Shown in pieces: positions 47,806 through 55,875 of a stretch of 64,000 nt of DNA. Under the pieces are notes generated by a model. That model was not told the DNA's origin, ran no database searches, and saw nothing but the letters and a program-made list of their open reading frames with translations. Origin of the DNA: Verrucomicrobiia bacterium (GTDB lineage: Bacteria > Verrucomicrobiota > Verrucomicrobiia > Limisphaerales > DSYF01); the NCBI GenBank assembly GCA_035765895.1, contig DASTWL010000014.1:16804-80803 (forward strand), given 5' to 3'. The position numbers were made by a program, and so were the translations under genes. Numbering within the stretch: position 1 is the stretch's first letter; each line of letters opens with the position of its first letter.

Positions 47806-48309
47806 TTACGAATTTCCGGAATGTTTCGCCGACGCACCGGCGCGACCGGCCAGCCAGGCATCCACCGACCAGCGGCCGGCGCCGACAAGAATCAGGTAAA
47901 GCCCGCCCAACCACATGGAAAAATCCGTGCGTGCCTCGTGCATCAGGCTGAGGAAGCCGTAGCGCGGCAGTGATGCGAGCGTCAGACCGCCGAAGCTGTG
48001 GCCCAGCAGGATGGGAATCTTCGTCGTTACAATGGCGACTGAAATATCGACAACCAGCAGCACCGCCGCCGGACGCGTGAGCAGGCCCAGCAGCACCAGC
48101 GCGCCGCCCACCGTTTCCACGCCACCGACAAACGGCCCCAGAACGTCCGGCCAGGGCAGACCGATTTTGGCGAAGCGCCCGGCCCCCAGCGCCGCCGGGT
48201 AGAGAAACTTCTGCACGCCTTCAACGAAGAACACCGTGCCAACCAGCAGCCGAATGAGCACGACCGATGCCGGTGCCCGCGTCTTCGCAACCTGGGTCAG
48301 TGCGCTCAT
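47806..48309 (-). CDS. DoxX family membrane protein
   Basis: Four predicted TM segments. LIRLLVGTVFFVEGVQKF..GGVETVGGALVLLGLLTRPAAVLL is the DoxX pattern. Confidence 0.75.
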   Translation of the reverse strand: MSALTQVAKTRAPASVVLIRLLVGTVFFVEGVQKFLYPAALGAGRFAKIGLPWPDVLGPFVGGVETVGGALVLLGLLTRPAAVLLVVDISVAIVTTKIPILLGHSFGGLTLASLPRYGFLSLMHEARTDFSMWLGGLYLILVGAGRWSVDAWLAGRAGASAKHSGNS

Positions 48310-48313
48310 GCGT

Positions 48314-48658
48314 TCATTCCGCGTCCGGTCCGGAGCGGTAGTGCAGCACGGTGACCTTTTCCAGCGTGATCAGGCCGCCGCCCACCATTTTTTCCAGCTC
48401 CGGGAGGAAGCTTTGAATTTTTTCCCCGGCGTCCACGATTTCAATGACCAGCGGCAGATCCGCCGAAAGCCGGAGGATTTTGGCGGTGTGCACCCGGCTG
48501 GCCTTGCCGAAGCCCATCGGGCCACGCAGGACCGTGGCACCGGCAAGATGCAGCTCGCGGGCCTTGAGCACGATGGCCTCATAAAGCGGCTGGTGTCCCC
48601 ACTTGTCGCTTTCGCCAATGAAAATGCGGAGCAAAACGGCTTCGCTTGGGATTTGCAT
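48314..48658 (-). CDS. DUF190 (PII-like, CrcB-associated) protein
   Basis: LLRIFIGESDKWGHQPLYEAIVLKARELHLAGATVLRGPMGFG..LPLVIEIVD, adjacent to crcB as is typical of this family. Confidence 0.8.
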   Translation of the reverse strand: MQIPSEAVLLRIFIGESDKWGHQPLYEAIVLKARELHLAGATVLRGPMGFGKASRVHTAKILRLSADLPLVIEIVDAGEKIQSFLPELEKMVGGGLITLEKVTVLHYRSGPDAE

Positions 48659-48659
48659 G

Positions 48660-49067
48660 TCAGTTTCCTTTCATCGCCGTGAGCCACGCCCCGAACAAAT
48701 AACCCAGCCACGTGCCGGCCAGGCAGAGCACCACGGACAGCAGCACGTTGCCGCCGGCGTAGAACCATTCGCGGTCGCGGAGCAGGTTGAGAGTTTGCAG
48801 GCTGAACGAGGAAAATGTCGTAAAACCGCCGCAGATCCCAATCATCACAAACTGCGTGACGAAGGCGCGTGATTCGGGCGCCATCCGGGCTTCGGGACTG
48901 GTCAACGCACCAATGACCCCGATGATGAAGGAGCCAAGAATGTTCACCGTCAGCGTGCCCGCCGGGAAGGTGGCAAAGCGTTGCGCCACGATGCCGTTCA
49001 GCCAGTAACGCCCGACGCTGCCCAGCGCGCCGCCCAAGGCAACCCACAAATAGACGGCATTCGTCAT
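48660..49067 (-). CDS. crcB: Fluoride ion channel CrcB/FluC
   Basis: GGALGSVGRYWL..FPAGTLTVNILGSFIIG..GFTTFSSFSLQT. The start is set at the ATG at 49067 (MTNAVYLWVALGG). Confidence 0.9.
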   Translation of the reverse strand: MTNAVYLWVALGGALGSVGRYWLNGIVAQRFATFPAGTLTVNILGSFIIGVIGALTSPEARMAPESRAFVTQFVMIGICGGFTTFSSFSLQTLNLLRDREWFYAGGNVLLSVVLCLAGTWLGYLFGAWLTAMKGN

Positions 49068-49092
49068 GGGTTCAGCAGTAGCGCAAATGGCC

Positions 49093-49121
49093 GGAAAAGC
49101 AAAGGCCCATGGTTGAGCCTT
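49093..49121 (-). promoter_or_regulatory. Terminator-like hairpin inside the crcB 5' leader (possible attenuator)
   Basis: The minus-strand RNA is AAGGCUC-AACCAU-GGGCCUU followed by UGCUUUUCC, about 25 nt upstream of the crcB ATG. A second perfect hairpin, GGGAC-GGAG-GUCCC, lies upstream at 49137-49150. Confidence 0.35.
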
Positions 49122-49242
49122 CGCCGGAACCCCGTAGTGGGACCTCCGTCCCGACCAACGGTTTGCAAGACGCGCCTGACCGATATTCGCGGTGTGGGCT
49201 TGACCGCAAATCACGTTCTCTGATTGTTTAGTTAAGTTCCCC

Positions 49243-52200
49243 ATGAAATTCAGAACCCAACCCCGGGTCATGCTCGGTCCCGCGCTGGCCCTTGGCTTCG
49301 CGCTCGCCATTGCGACCGCGCAAGCCGCGCTGGTCCATCAATGGAATTTTAACGAAACGTCCGGCACCAACCTGTTCGATTCCGTCGGTGACGCCCATGC
49401 CTGGGTGGTCGTTGCCAATGGCGGTGGCGGCTACTCGCTCAACGGCAAGCGCATTCGCCTCGACGGGGGCGACCGGGCCACCGCGGACTACGTGCAGTTT
49501 CCGGAAACGGTTTTCGACGGTCTGAGCAATGTGACCGTTGAAGTGTGGGCGGTGCCCCATTCGTTTCCCAACTGGGGCCGCGTCTTTTGCATCGGACCCG
49601 GGGACGGACAGGACATCAGCAACAAGCTGATCCGCGTGGCGTTTTCCCAGGGGACCAACGGCGACCTGCAACGCTATGGTTTGTGGCCCAATGCGGTGGA
49701 TGGCGCCATGCCAACGCCCGTCGATCGGGAATATCATTACGTCATGACCTGGAGCGCGTCCGGCGCGCTGAACTTCTATCGCGACGGCGTTTGGGTTGGC
49801 ACGCAAAGCACCGGCGGCACGAACATCGCCAGTCTGGCCGCCCTGCCCAACACGACGTTCTGGCTGGGCCGCTCGCACTTTGCCGGCGATTCCACCGCCA
49901 ACGCCTCCTGGAACGAGGTTCGCATTTACGACACCGTGCTGGATGCGGCCACGATCCAGAATGATTTCCGCCGCGGGGCCGATGACACGCTGGGGCTTTT
50001 GCACCGCTGGAGCTTTTCCGAAACCAGCGGCACGAACTTCGCCGATTCCGCCGGCACCGCCACCGGCAATGTCGTTCAACAGGGAACCGCCGATTATTCG
50101 CTGGGGTCCGGACAGGTCACCCTGGCTGGCGGCGCTCGCGACACGGCTGACTATGTCTCGTTCCCATCGCGCCGGCTGGACGGCTTGAGCAACCTGACCA
50201 TCGAGGTTTGGGCGACGCCCAATGCCGCGCAGAACTGGGGCCGCGTCATTGATATTGGCGACGGAGTGACGCCCGACACGTCTTTCCTGTTGTCGTTTTC
50301 GCAGGGCGCGGACCTGAATTTGCAGCGTCTTGAATTCAAGCCGGCCGGCACCGCCGATTCCGCGCTGCCCACGACCGCCGGCGTGCAACATCACTACGTG
50401 GTGACGTGGGATCAAGGCGCCGGCACGTGCAGCTGGTATCGCGATGGCGGGTTGGTGAACAGCTTTCCGCTCGGTTCACAAATGCTGGCCAACGTGCCCA
50501 ACACGGCATTCTGGTTGGGCCGGTCGCATTACCCGGCCGACAATACGGCCGGCGCAAGTTTCAACGAAGTGCGCGTTTACAACCGGGCTTTGACCACGGA
50601 TGAAATCGCCTTCCACCACCAGCAGGGGCCGGACAGCATCGCGGCCCCGCCGGCGACCGCCATGGACGATCAGGCCACGCTGAATCCGGGCGCCTCCGTG
50701 ATGCTCGACGTGCTGGCGAATGACACGCCGAACCGCTTTTTGACCGGTTCCGTCGCCGTGATCGCACCTCCTGCGTTTGGTTCCGCGACCCCCCGGGCCG
50801 ATGGCCGCGTAGTTTACGTGAACACCAATCCCGCCGCGACCAGTGATGCGTTCACGTATCGCGCCACGGATTCACTGACGGGCAGCTACGCAACCGGTGC
50901 CGTATTCTTGACCCTCACCAACGCGCTGCGCCTGGCCGCCACGACGCTGCGCCTGCCGGACCAGCCGCCGACGGTGGCGTATCAAATCGTGGATGCCTTT
51001 CCGGGCTTGAACTTCGAAGATGCGCTGGCCATGGCAACGCCACCCGGTGTTTCCAACCAGCTCTTCGTCGTCGAACGCCGCGGGCGCATTTCCTACGTGC
51101 CGGACATCAACGCCGTCCATCCGACGCGGCAGGTGTTTCTGGACATTACGGACCAGATGTCCTTCGACGATACGCCCGAGGGAGAACGCGGTCTGCTGGG
51201 CCTCGCGTTTCACCCCAACTTCGCGCAGAACGGTTATTTCTACGTCTTCTACATCGCGCCCGGCGCGCCTTACATTGACCGGCTGGCCCGTTTCACGGCC
51301 AACCCGGCGACGTTGACGGTGGACACCAACACGCAACAAGTGCTTTTTGACGTCGTCGATCAGGCGTTCAACCACAACGGCGGCGACCTCCATTTCGGCA
51401 ACGACGGCTGCCTCTACATCGGCATGGGCGACGAGGGCGACCAATACAACTACCGCCAAAACGCCCAGCGCATCGACAAGGACCTGTATTCCTCCCTGCT
51501 CCGCATTGACGTGGACAAAAAGCCGGGCAGCGTCGAGCCACGCCCCTCCGCCAACACCACCACGATTTACACCAACGCACAGGGAAAGGCCTTCTATTCC
51601 ATTCCACCGGATAATCCGTTCGTGAACGCGGCGAGCTACCTGGGACAGCCCATCAACACCAACACGCTGCGCGCCGAGATTTTTGCCACCGGCTTCCGGC
51701 ACATCTGGCGATTTTCCATCGACCAGCCGACCGGCGAAATCTGGGTGGGCGACGTGGGTCAGGATCGCTACGAGGAAGTCGATGTCGTTACGAATGGCGG
51801 CAATTATGGCTGGGCCTATTTCGAGGGGTATTCCAACGCCATCTCGCTTTATCCCTCACAAACCACGCTGCTCTCGAACCCACCCTCCGCGTTTGTGCAC
51901 AGCCTGCCGCTTTACGTTTACCCGCACACCAGCGTGGCGGGCGGGGATGGTCAATACAAAGGCAACTCCATTTCGGGCGGTGTGGTGTATCGCGGCAGCC
52001 GCATCCCGCAGCTCACGGGCGCCTACATCTTCGGCGACTTTGAATCCGGCAACCTCTGGGCTTTGTGGCGCACGAACAACACCGTCCTCACGAACCGCAT
52101 TGCCGGCGTGGGCGGCGCGGCGGCCTTCGGACTCGATCCCGGAAACGGTGATGTGTTGATTGCCAATTACGCGGCCAATCAGATTCAAAGATTGGTGCGC

Positions 52201-53547
52201 ACGGACACAGACATGACATCCTTCCCGCAGAAGTTGAGCGACACCGGCGCCTTCGCGGATGTCATCGCGCTGACCCCCAATCCCGGCGTCGTCAGCTACG
52301 AACCGATTGTGCCCTTCTGGTCGGACAATGCCATCAAGCGCCGCTGGTTCGCCCTGCCCGATCTGACCCGCCAGGTGACGCATGTGGTGGACGGCAACTG
52401 GGGTCTGCCCGCCGGCATGGTGTGGGTGAAACATTTCGACCTCGAACTGGAGCGCGGCAATCCGGCCACGAAGAAGCGCATCGAAACCCGGTTCATCGTG
52501 AAGAACACCAACGGCATTTACGGCGTGAGCTACGCGTGGAACGAGGCCGGCACCGAAGCCTATCTGGCCCCGGACGGCGGGACCAATTTCTCGCTGAGCA
52601 TCACCAATGGTCCCGCGGTTGAGACGCAGCAGTGGACGATTCCGTCGCGCGCCGACTGCCTTGCCTGCCATACGCCCGCAGGCGGCTACGCACTGAGCTT
52701 CAACACGCGTCAATTGAACCAGACCGCCACGATGAACGGCGTCACGGGCAATCAGCTGGCGACCTTGAGTGCTGCCGGTTACTTCAGCAATACGGTGCCG
52801 GCACCGCAAACGCTCCCCGCCTACGCGGCGGCCACCGACACCACCTACAGCCTGGAATATCGGGCCCGCTCCTACTTTGCCGTGAACTGCGTGCAATGCC
52901 ATCAACCGGCCGGCGTGGGCCCGGGCACCTGGGATGCACGTCCCTGGCTCACACTGGATCAAACCGGGCTCATCAACGGCGTGCCTTACAACAACGGCGC
53001 CAATCCAACCAACAAACTCGTGGTGCCCGGCGACCCGGTTCATTCGGTGGTGTTGCAACGCATCCGGGCCAACGGCTTCAGCCGCATGCCGCCGCTGGCC
53101 ACATCCGTCATCGACGTGGGCGCCACCAACCTGTTGACCGACTGGATTTCGACCGAACTGACCAACCGCCTTTCGTTTGCCGACTGGCAGCTGGCCAACT
53201 TCGGTGAGACCAATTCGCCCCTGGCCGCCGCCAATGCCGACCCGGACAACGACGGTGCCAACAACTACTACGAATACCTCACCCACACGTCGCCGCTGAC
53301 CAATGCACCGCCGCCCTGGACGGTCCGCATCGACCGGGTCGCGGGCACGGTGGGCGTCACCTTCCAGCGTCTGGCCAATCTGGGCTTTGTGGTGGGGACC
53401 ACCGACCGTCTGGGCGATTGGAGTCCCTGGGATGTGCCGGACAACCGGCTCTGGTTCGGCGCCTCCAATTTCACCGACACCGTCACCGGACCGTTTGATC
53501 TGGCGGAAACCAACCGGTTCTATCGCGTGAAAATCTACGAGCCGTAA
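49243..53547 (+). CDS. Secreted multidomain protein: 2x LamG (Laminin_G_3-like), cadherin/Ig-like, glucose/sorbosone dehydrogenase-type beta-propeller, two CxxCH haem-binding motifs, terminal FYR-type module
   Basis: Signal peptide MKFRTQPRVMLGPALALGFALAIATAQA. LVHQWNFNETSGTN.. and LLHRWSFSETSGTN.. LamG starts, each ending FWLGRSH..NEVR(I/V)Y. GSDH motifs GLLGLAFHPNF and FNHNGGDLHFGNDGCLYIGMGDEG. Haem motifs CLACH and CVQCH. Ends NRFYRVKIYEP. Confidence 0.8.
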   Translation: MKFRTQPRVMLGPALALGFALAIATAQAALVHQWNFNETSGTNLFDSVGDAHAWVVVANGGGGYSLNGKRIRLDGGDRATADYVQFPETVFDGLSNVTVEVWAVPHSFPNWGRVFCIGPGDGQDISNKLIRVAFSQGTNGDLQRYGLWPNAVDGAMPTPVDREYHYVMTWSASGALNFYRDGVWVGTQSTGGTNIASLAALPNTTFWLGRSHFAGDSTANASWNEVRIYDTVLDAATIQNDFRRGADDTLGLLHRWSFSETSGTNFADSAGTATGNVVQQGTADYSLGSGQVTLAGGARDTADYVSFPSRRLDGLSNLTIEVWATPNAAQNWGRVIDIGDGVTPDTSFLLSFSQGADLNLQRLEFKPAGTADSALPTTAGVQHHYVVTWDQGAGTCSWYRDGGLVNSFPLGSQMLANVPNTAFWLGRSHYPADNTAGASFNEVRVYNRALTTDEIAFHHQQGPDSIAAPPATAMDDQATLNPGASVMLDVLANDTPNRFLTGSVAVIAPPAFGSATPRADGRVVYVNTNPAATSDAFTYRATDSLTGSYATGAVFLTLTNALRLAATTLRLPDQPPTVAYQIVDAFPGLNFEDALAMATPPGVSNQLFVVERRGRISYVPDINAVHPTRQVFLDITDQMSFDDTPEGERGLLGLAFHPNFAQNGYFYVFYIAPGAPYIDRLARFTANPATLTVDTNTQQVLFDVVDQAFNHNGGDLHFGNDGCLYIGMGDEGDQYNYRQNAQRIDKDLYSSLLRIDVDKKPGSVEPRPSANTTTIYTNAQGKAFYSIPPDNPFVNAASYLGQPINTNTLRAEIFATGFRHIWRFSIDQPTGEIWVGDVGQDRYEEVDVVTNGGNYGWAYFEGYSNAISLYPSQTTLLSNPPSAFVHSLPLYVYPHTSVAGGDGQYKGNSISGGVVYRGSRIPQLTGAYIFGDFESGNLWALWRTNNTVLTNRIAGVGGAAAFGLDPGNGDVLIANYAANQIQRLVRTDTDMTSFPQKLSDTGAFADVIALTPNPGVVSYEPIVPFWSDNAIKRRWFALPDLTRQVTHVVDGNWGLPAGMVWVKHFDLELERGNPATKKRIETRFIVKNTNGIYGVSYAWNEAGTEAYLAPDGGTNFSLSITNGPAVETQQWTIPSRADCLACHTPAGGYALSFNTRQLNQTATMNGVTGNQLATLSAAGYFSNTVPAPQTLPAYAAATDTTYSLEYRARSYFAVNCVQCHQPAGVGPGTWDARPWLTLDQTGLINGVPYNNGANPTNKLVVPGDPVHSVVLQRIRANGFSRMPPLATSVIDVGATNLLTDWISTELTNRLSFADWQLANFGETNSPLAAANADPDNDGANNYYEYLTHTSPLTNAPPPWTVRIDRVAGTVGVTFQRLANLGFVVGTTDRLGDWSPWDVPDNRLWFGASNFTDTVTGPFDLAETNRFYRVKIYEP

Positions 53548-53568
53548 ATCACATTGCGGCAAGGAAAA

Positions 53569-53598
53569 CGCCGGTTCAGTGTTGCCACTGAACCGGCG
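53569..53598. terminator. 13-bp perfect hairpin between convergent genes (49243-53547 and the transketolase gene)
   Basis: cgccggttcagtg-ttgc-cactgaaccggcg. The flanking A and T runs are short, so terminator function is inferred from position. Confidence 0.55.
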
Positions 53599-53618
53599 CA
53601 CGAATTTGAGAAGGGACG

Positions 53619-55688
53619 TTACCTGCCCAGCAGGGCCAGCGCGGCCTCGGCCATTTTCGGACCGGTCAGGCCGTGCTTCTCGTAAAGCTGTTCCGCCATG
53701 TAGGCGCTCTGTCCAAACTCATCGTTGATGCCGAGCGACTTCATGACATGTGGAATGCCCGCCCGGGACAACGCATGGCTGACCTGCGCGCCCATGCCGC
53801 AGGCCAGCTGGTGATCCTCGATGGTCACCACCTTGCCACACGACTTCACCGCCGCGCCGATGGTGTCGAGGTCCACGCGGTTCACGAACGGATTGTTGAT
53901 GACCGTGGCTTTGACACCTTTTTCGGCGAGCAGTTTTCCCCCCTGCACGGCCTTGCTGAACAGCGTGCCACAGCCGATCAATACCACGTCGCTGCCGGCC
54001 TGGGTGACCTGCGCCTTGCCGAACGGATAGGTCGCATTCTCAAGCCAGTAAACCGGATAATTCTCGCGGCCGACAAAGAAGATGTAACTCTGGCCGTCCT
54101 TGCCGGCCTTGCGGTCCTCGGCCTGGCGTTTGATGGCCTGATACATCAGCTCTTCCGCCTCATTCGCACAACTGGGCGCGATGACCACGGTGTGCGGAAT
54201 CGCGGAGACGGCGGCCAGGTAAGTCGTGGCCTGGTGCGACGCCCCATCCGCCGCATCCTGGAAACCGATGTGGGAAAATATCGCAATCACCGGCGCCTGC
54301 GACAACGCGGCCATCGTGAGCGGCAGGTTGCCCTTCGTCACACCAAACTGGCCGAACGTGTCCACAATCGCGACGAAGCCCTGCTTGCTGAGCCCCGCAC
54401 CGACGCTGCACATGTTGGCCTCGGCAATGCCCACTTCGATGTAACGGCCGGTGGCTTTCTGGAAGGTGCTGATGCCCGTGGAGCCCTGCACGTCGGAACT
54501 GACGGAATAAACCGGATAGCCTTCCTTCGCGGCGCGAATTGCACCCGCGGCCAGGCCCGCCTGCACCTTGTCCTTCTTGACCGCCGGGGCGGCCGGGGCC
54601 GGAGCCGCCGCCGCCTTGGCCTTTTTCTCCGCTTCCTTTTTCTCCCAATCCGCGCGCAGCGACTTCGCCCAGTTCATCAGCTCGTCCGGCGGAGTGGCGT
54701 CCTTGTAAAGTTCCGTGACCCAATCAATGATCTTCTCGCCATTGGCGAGCGGAAAGCCGTGACCGCCCGCGGGGTTCTCTTCCGTGGCCTTGATGCCGTA
54801 ACCCTTGACCGTCTTGACCCACAGGCACACGGGATAATTCGGATTTGCCTTCGCCTGCTGGATGCCCTTCTCCACCGCAAGATAGACGGAAGGAAGGTCA
54901 TTCCCGTGCGGCACGGAAATCACGTTCCAGCCCAGCGCACCCATGGCCTGGAAGCTCCGCTGCATTGAAAATGAATCCTTGGTGATGCGGCCCGAGAGCT
55001 TCGTGTCGTTGTCCGAAACGATCATCATGAACGGATTCAAACGATCCTTCGCGGCCAGCCCCGGAATCGCCGCGAAGGCCTCCTTCGCCTCGCCTTCCAT
55101 GCTCGCCCCATCGGACATGATGCAGATCGTCATGCGATCATTGCCGATCAGCTTGTCGGCGATGGCGAGGCCCTGCGCCTGCGGCAGCGACGAGGACAGC
55201 GGGCCGTTGGACAACAGCACGCCTTCGGGATTCAGATGTGATTCGCCGTGGCCCGTCAGCTTGCTCTGGATGCTGCGGAACAACTTCAGGTCGTCAAAGG
55301 TCAGGTTGTCGAAGCCGTAATTGGCGCGCAGCGCGTAGATGCCGTTCTCGGCGTGGCCCGCGTCGTTGATGAAATTGTAGGCTTCGTGCCATTGGCGGCC
55401 TTTCACGCCGAACAGGAAGGCATGCACCGCCGCGTTGATTTCCGCGAACGCGGCCGGACCGCCCCAGTGACAGGCCGCGCCACCGACGACGGCATGCACG
55501 TCCATCAGCGCCACCAGCGCCCGGGTTGCACGTGGGTCGGCGACCACCACTTCCTCGCCGGCGAGGTTCTTCACCTTGACGGCGTATTTGGGCGGATGCG
55601 CCGGCGTGGGGGCGAGCCGGGATTTGAGGGCGAGTGGCGCGAGCGGGGGGAGCTCCACCTTGGCAACAACGGAATTATCAGCAGCCAT
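53619..55688 (-). CDS. Transketolase-family TPP enzyme (N- and C-terminal halves in one chain joined by an Ala/Pro/Lys-rich linker)
   Basis: CHWGGPAAFAE, GHGESHLNPEGVLLSNGPLSSSLPQAQG and MSDGASMEGEAKEA (TPP-binding), the linker [23 protein letters not shown], then a pyrimidine-binding half GIAEANMCSVGAG. Confidence 0.8.
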   Translation of the reverse strand: MAADNSVVAKVELPPLAPLALKSRLAPTPAHPPKYAVKVKNLAGEEVVVADPRATRALVALMDVHAVVGGAACHWGGPAAFAEINAAVHAFLFGVKGRQWHEAYNFINDAGHAENGIYALRANYGFDNLTFDDLKLFRSIQSKLTGHGESHLNPEGVLLSNGPLSSSLPQAQGLAIADKLIGNDRMTICIMSDGASMEGEAKEAFAAIPGLAAKDRLNPFMMIVSDNDTKLSGRITKDSFSMQRSFQAMGALGWNVISVPHGNDLPSVYLAVEKGIQQAKANPNYPVCLWVKTVKGYGIKATEENPAGGHGFPLANGEKIIDWVTELYKDATPPDELMNWAKSLRADWEKKEAEKKAKAAAAPAPAAPAVKKDKVQAGLAAGAIRAAKEGYPVYSVSSDVQGSTGISTFQKATGRYIEVGIAEANMCSVGAGLSKQGFVAIVDTFGQFGVTKGNLPLTMAALSQAPVIAIFSHIGFQDAADGASHQATTYLAAVSAIPHTVVIAPSCANEAEELMYQAIKRQAEDRKAGKDGQSYIFFVGRENYPVYWLENATYPFGKAQVTQAGSDVVLIGCGTLFSKAVQGGKLLAEKGVKATVINNPFVNRVDLDTIGAAVKSCGKVVTIEDHQLACGMGAQVSHALSRAGIPHVMKSLGINDEFGQSAYMAEQLYEKHGLTGPKMAEAALALLGR

Positions 55689-55875
55689 AGATTTCTGAGT
55701 TCAGTTTAATTTTGTCAATCGGCGGGACGGAGCATAAACGAACCCGGCCGGATTTTAAAAATGAAACTTCTGCAAGCCGCCCATGAAAGACGGCACTGAA
55801 CGGCCGGTGCCGACCGCAAGAGTGCGGCCTGTGGCGCCCGCCGCGCCCGTGCTCCCCATTTACCGGTTCATCCGG

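Noticed and set aside
49068-49242. Canonical fluoride (crcB-motif) riboswitch upstream of crcB
   Set aside because: By-eye alignment to the B. cereus and T. petrophila aptamers does not recover the P1 stem with a GAUGG loop, the (C/U)(U/A)AUGA element or the pseudoknot partner. It is kept only as an open question in the findings and needs cmsearch.
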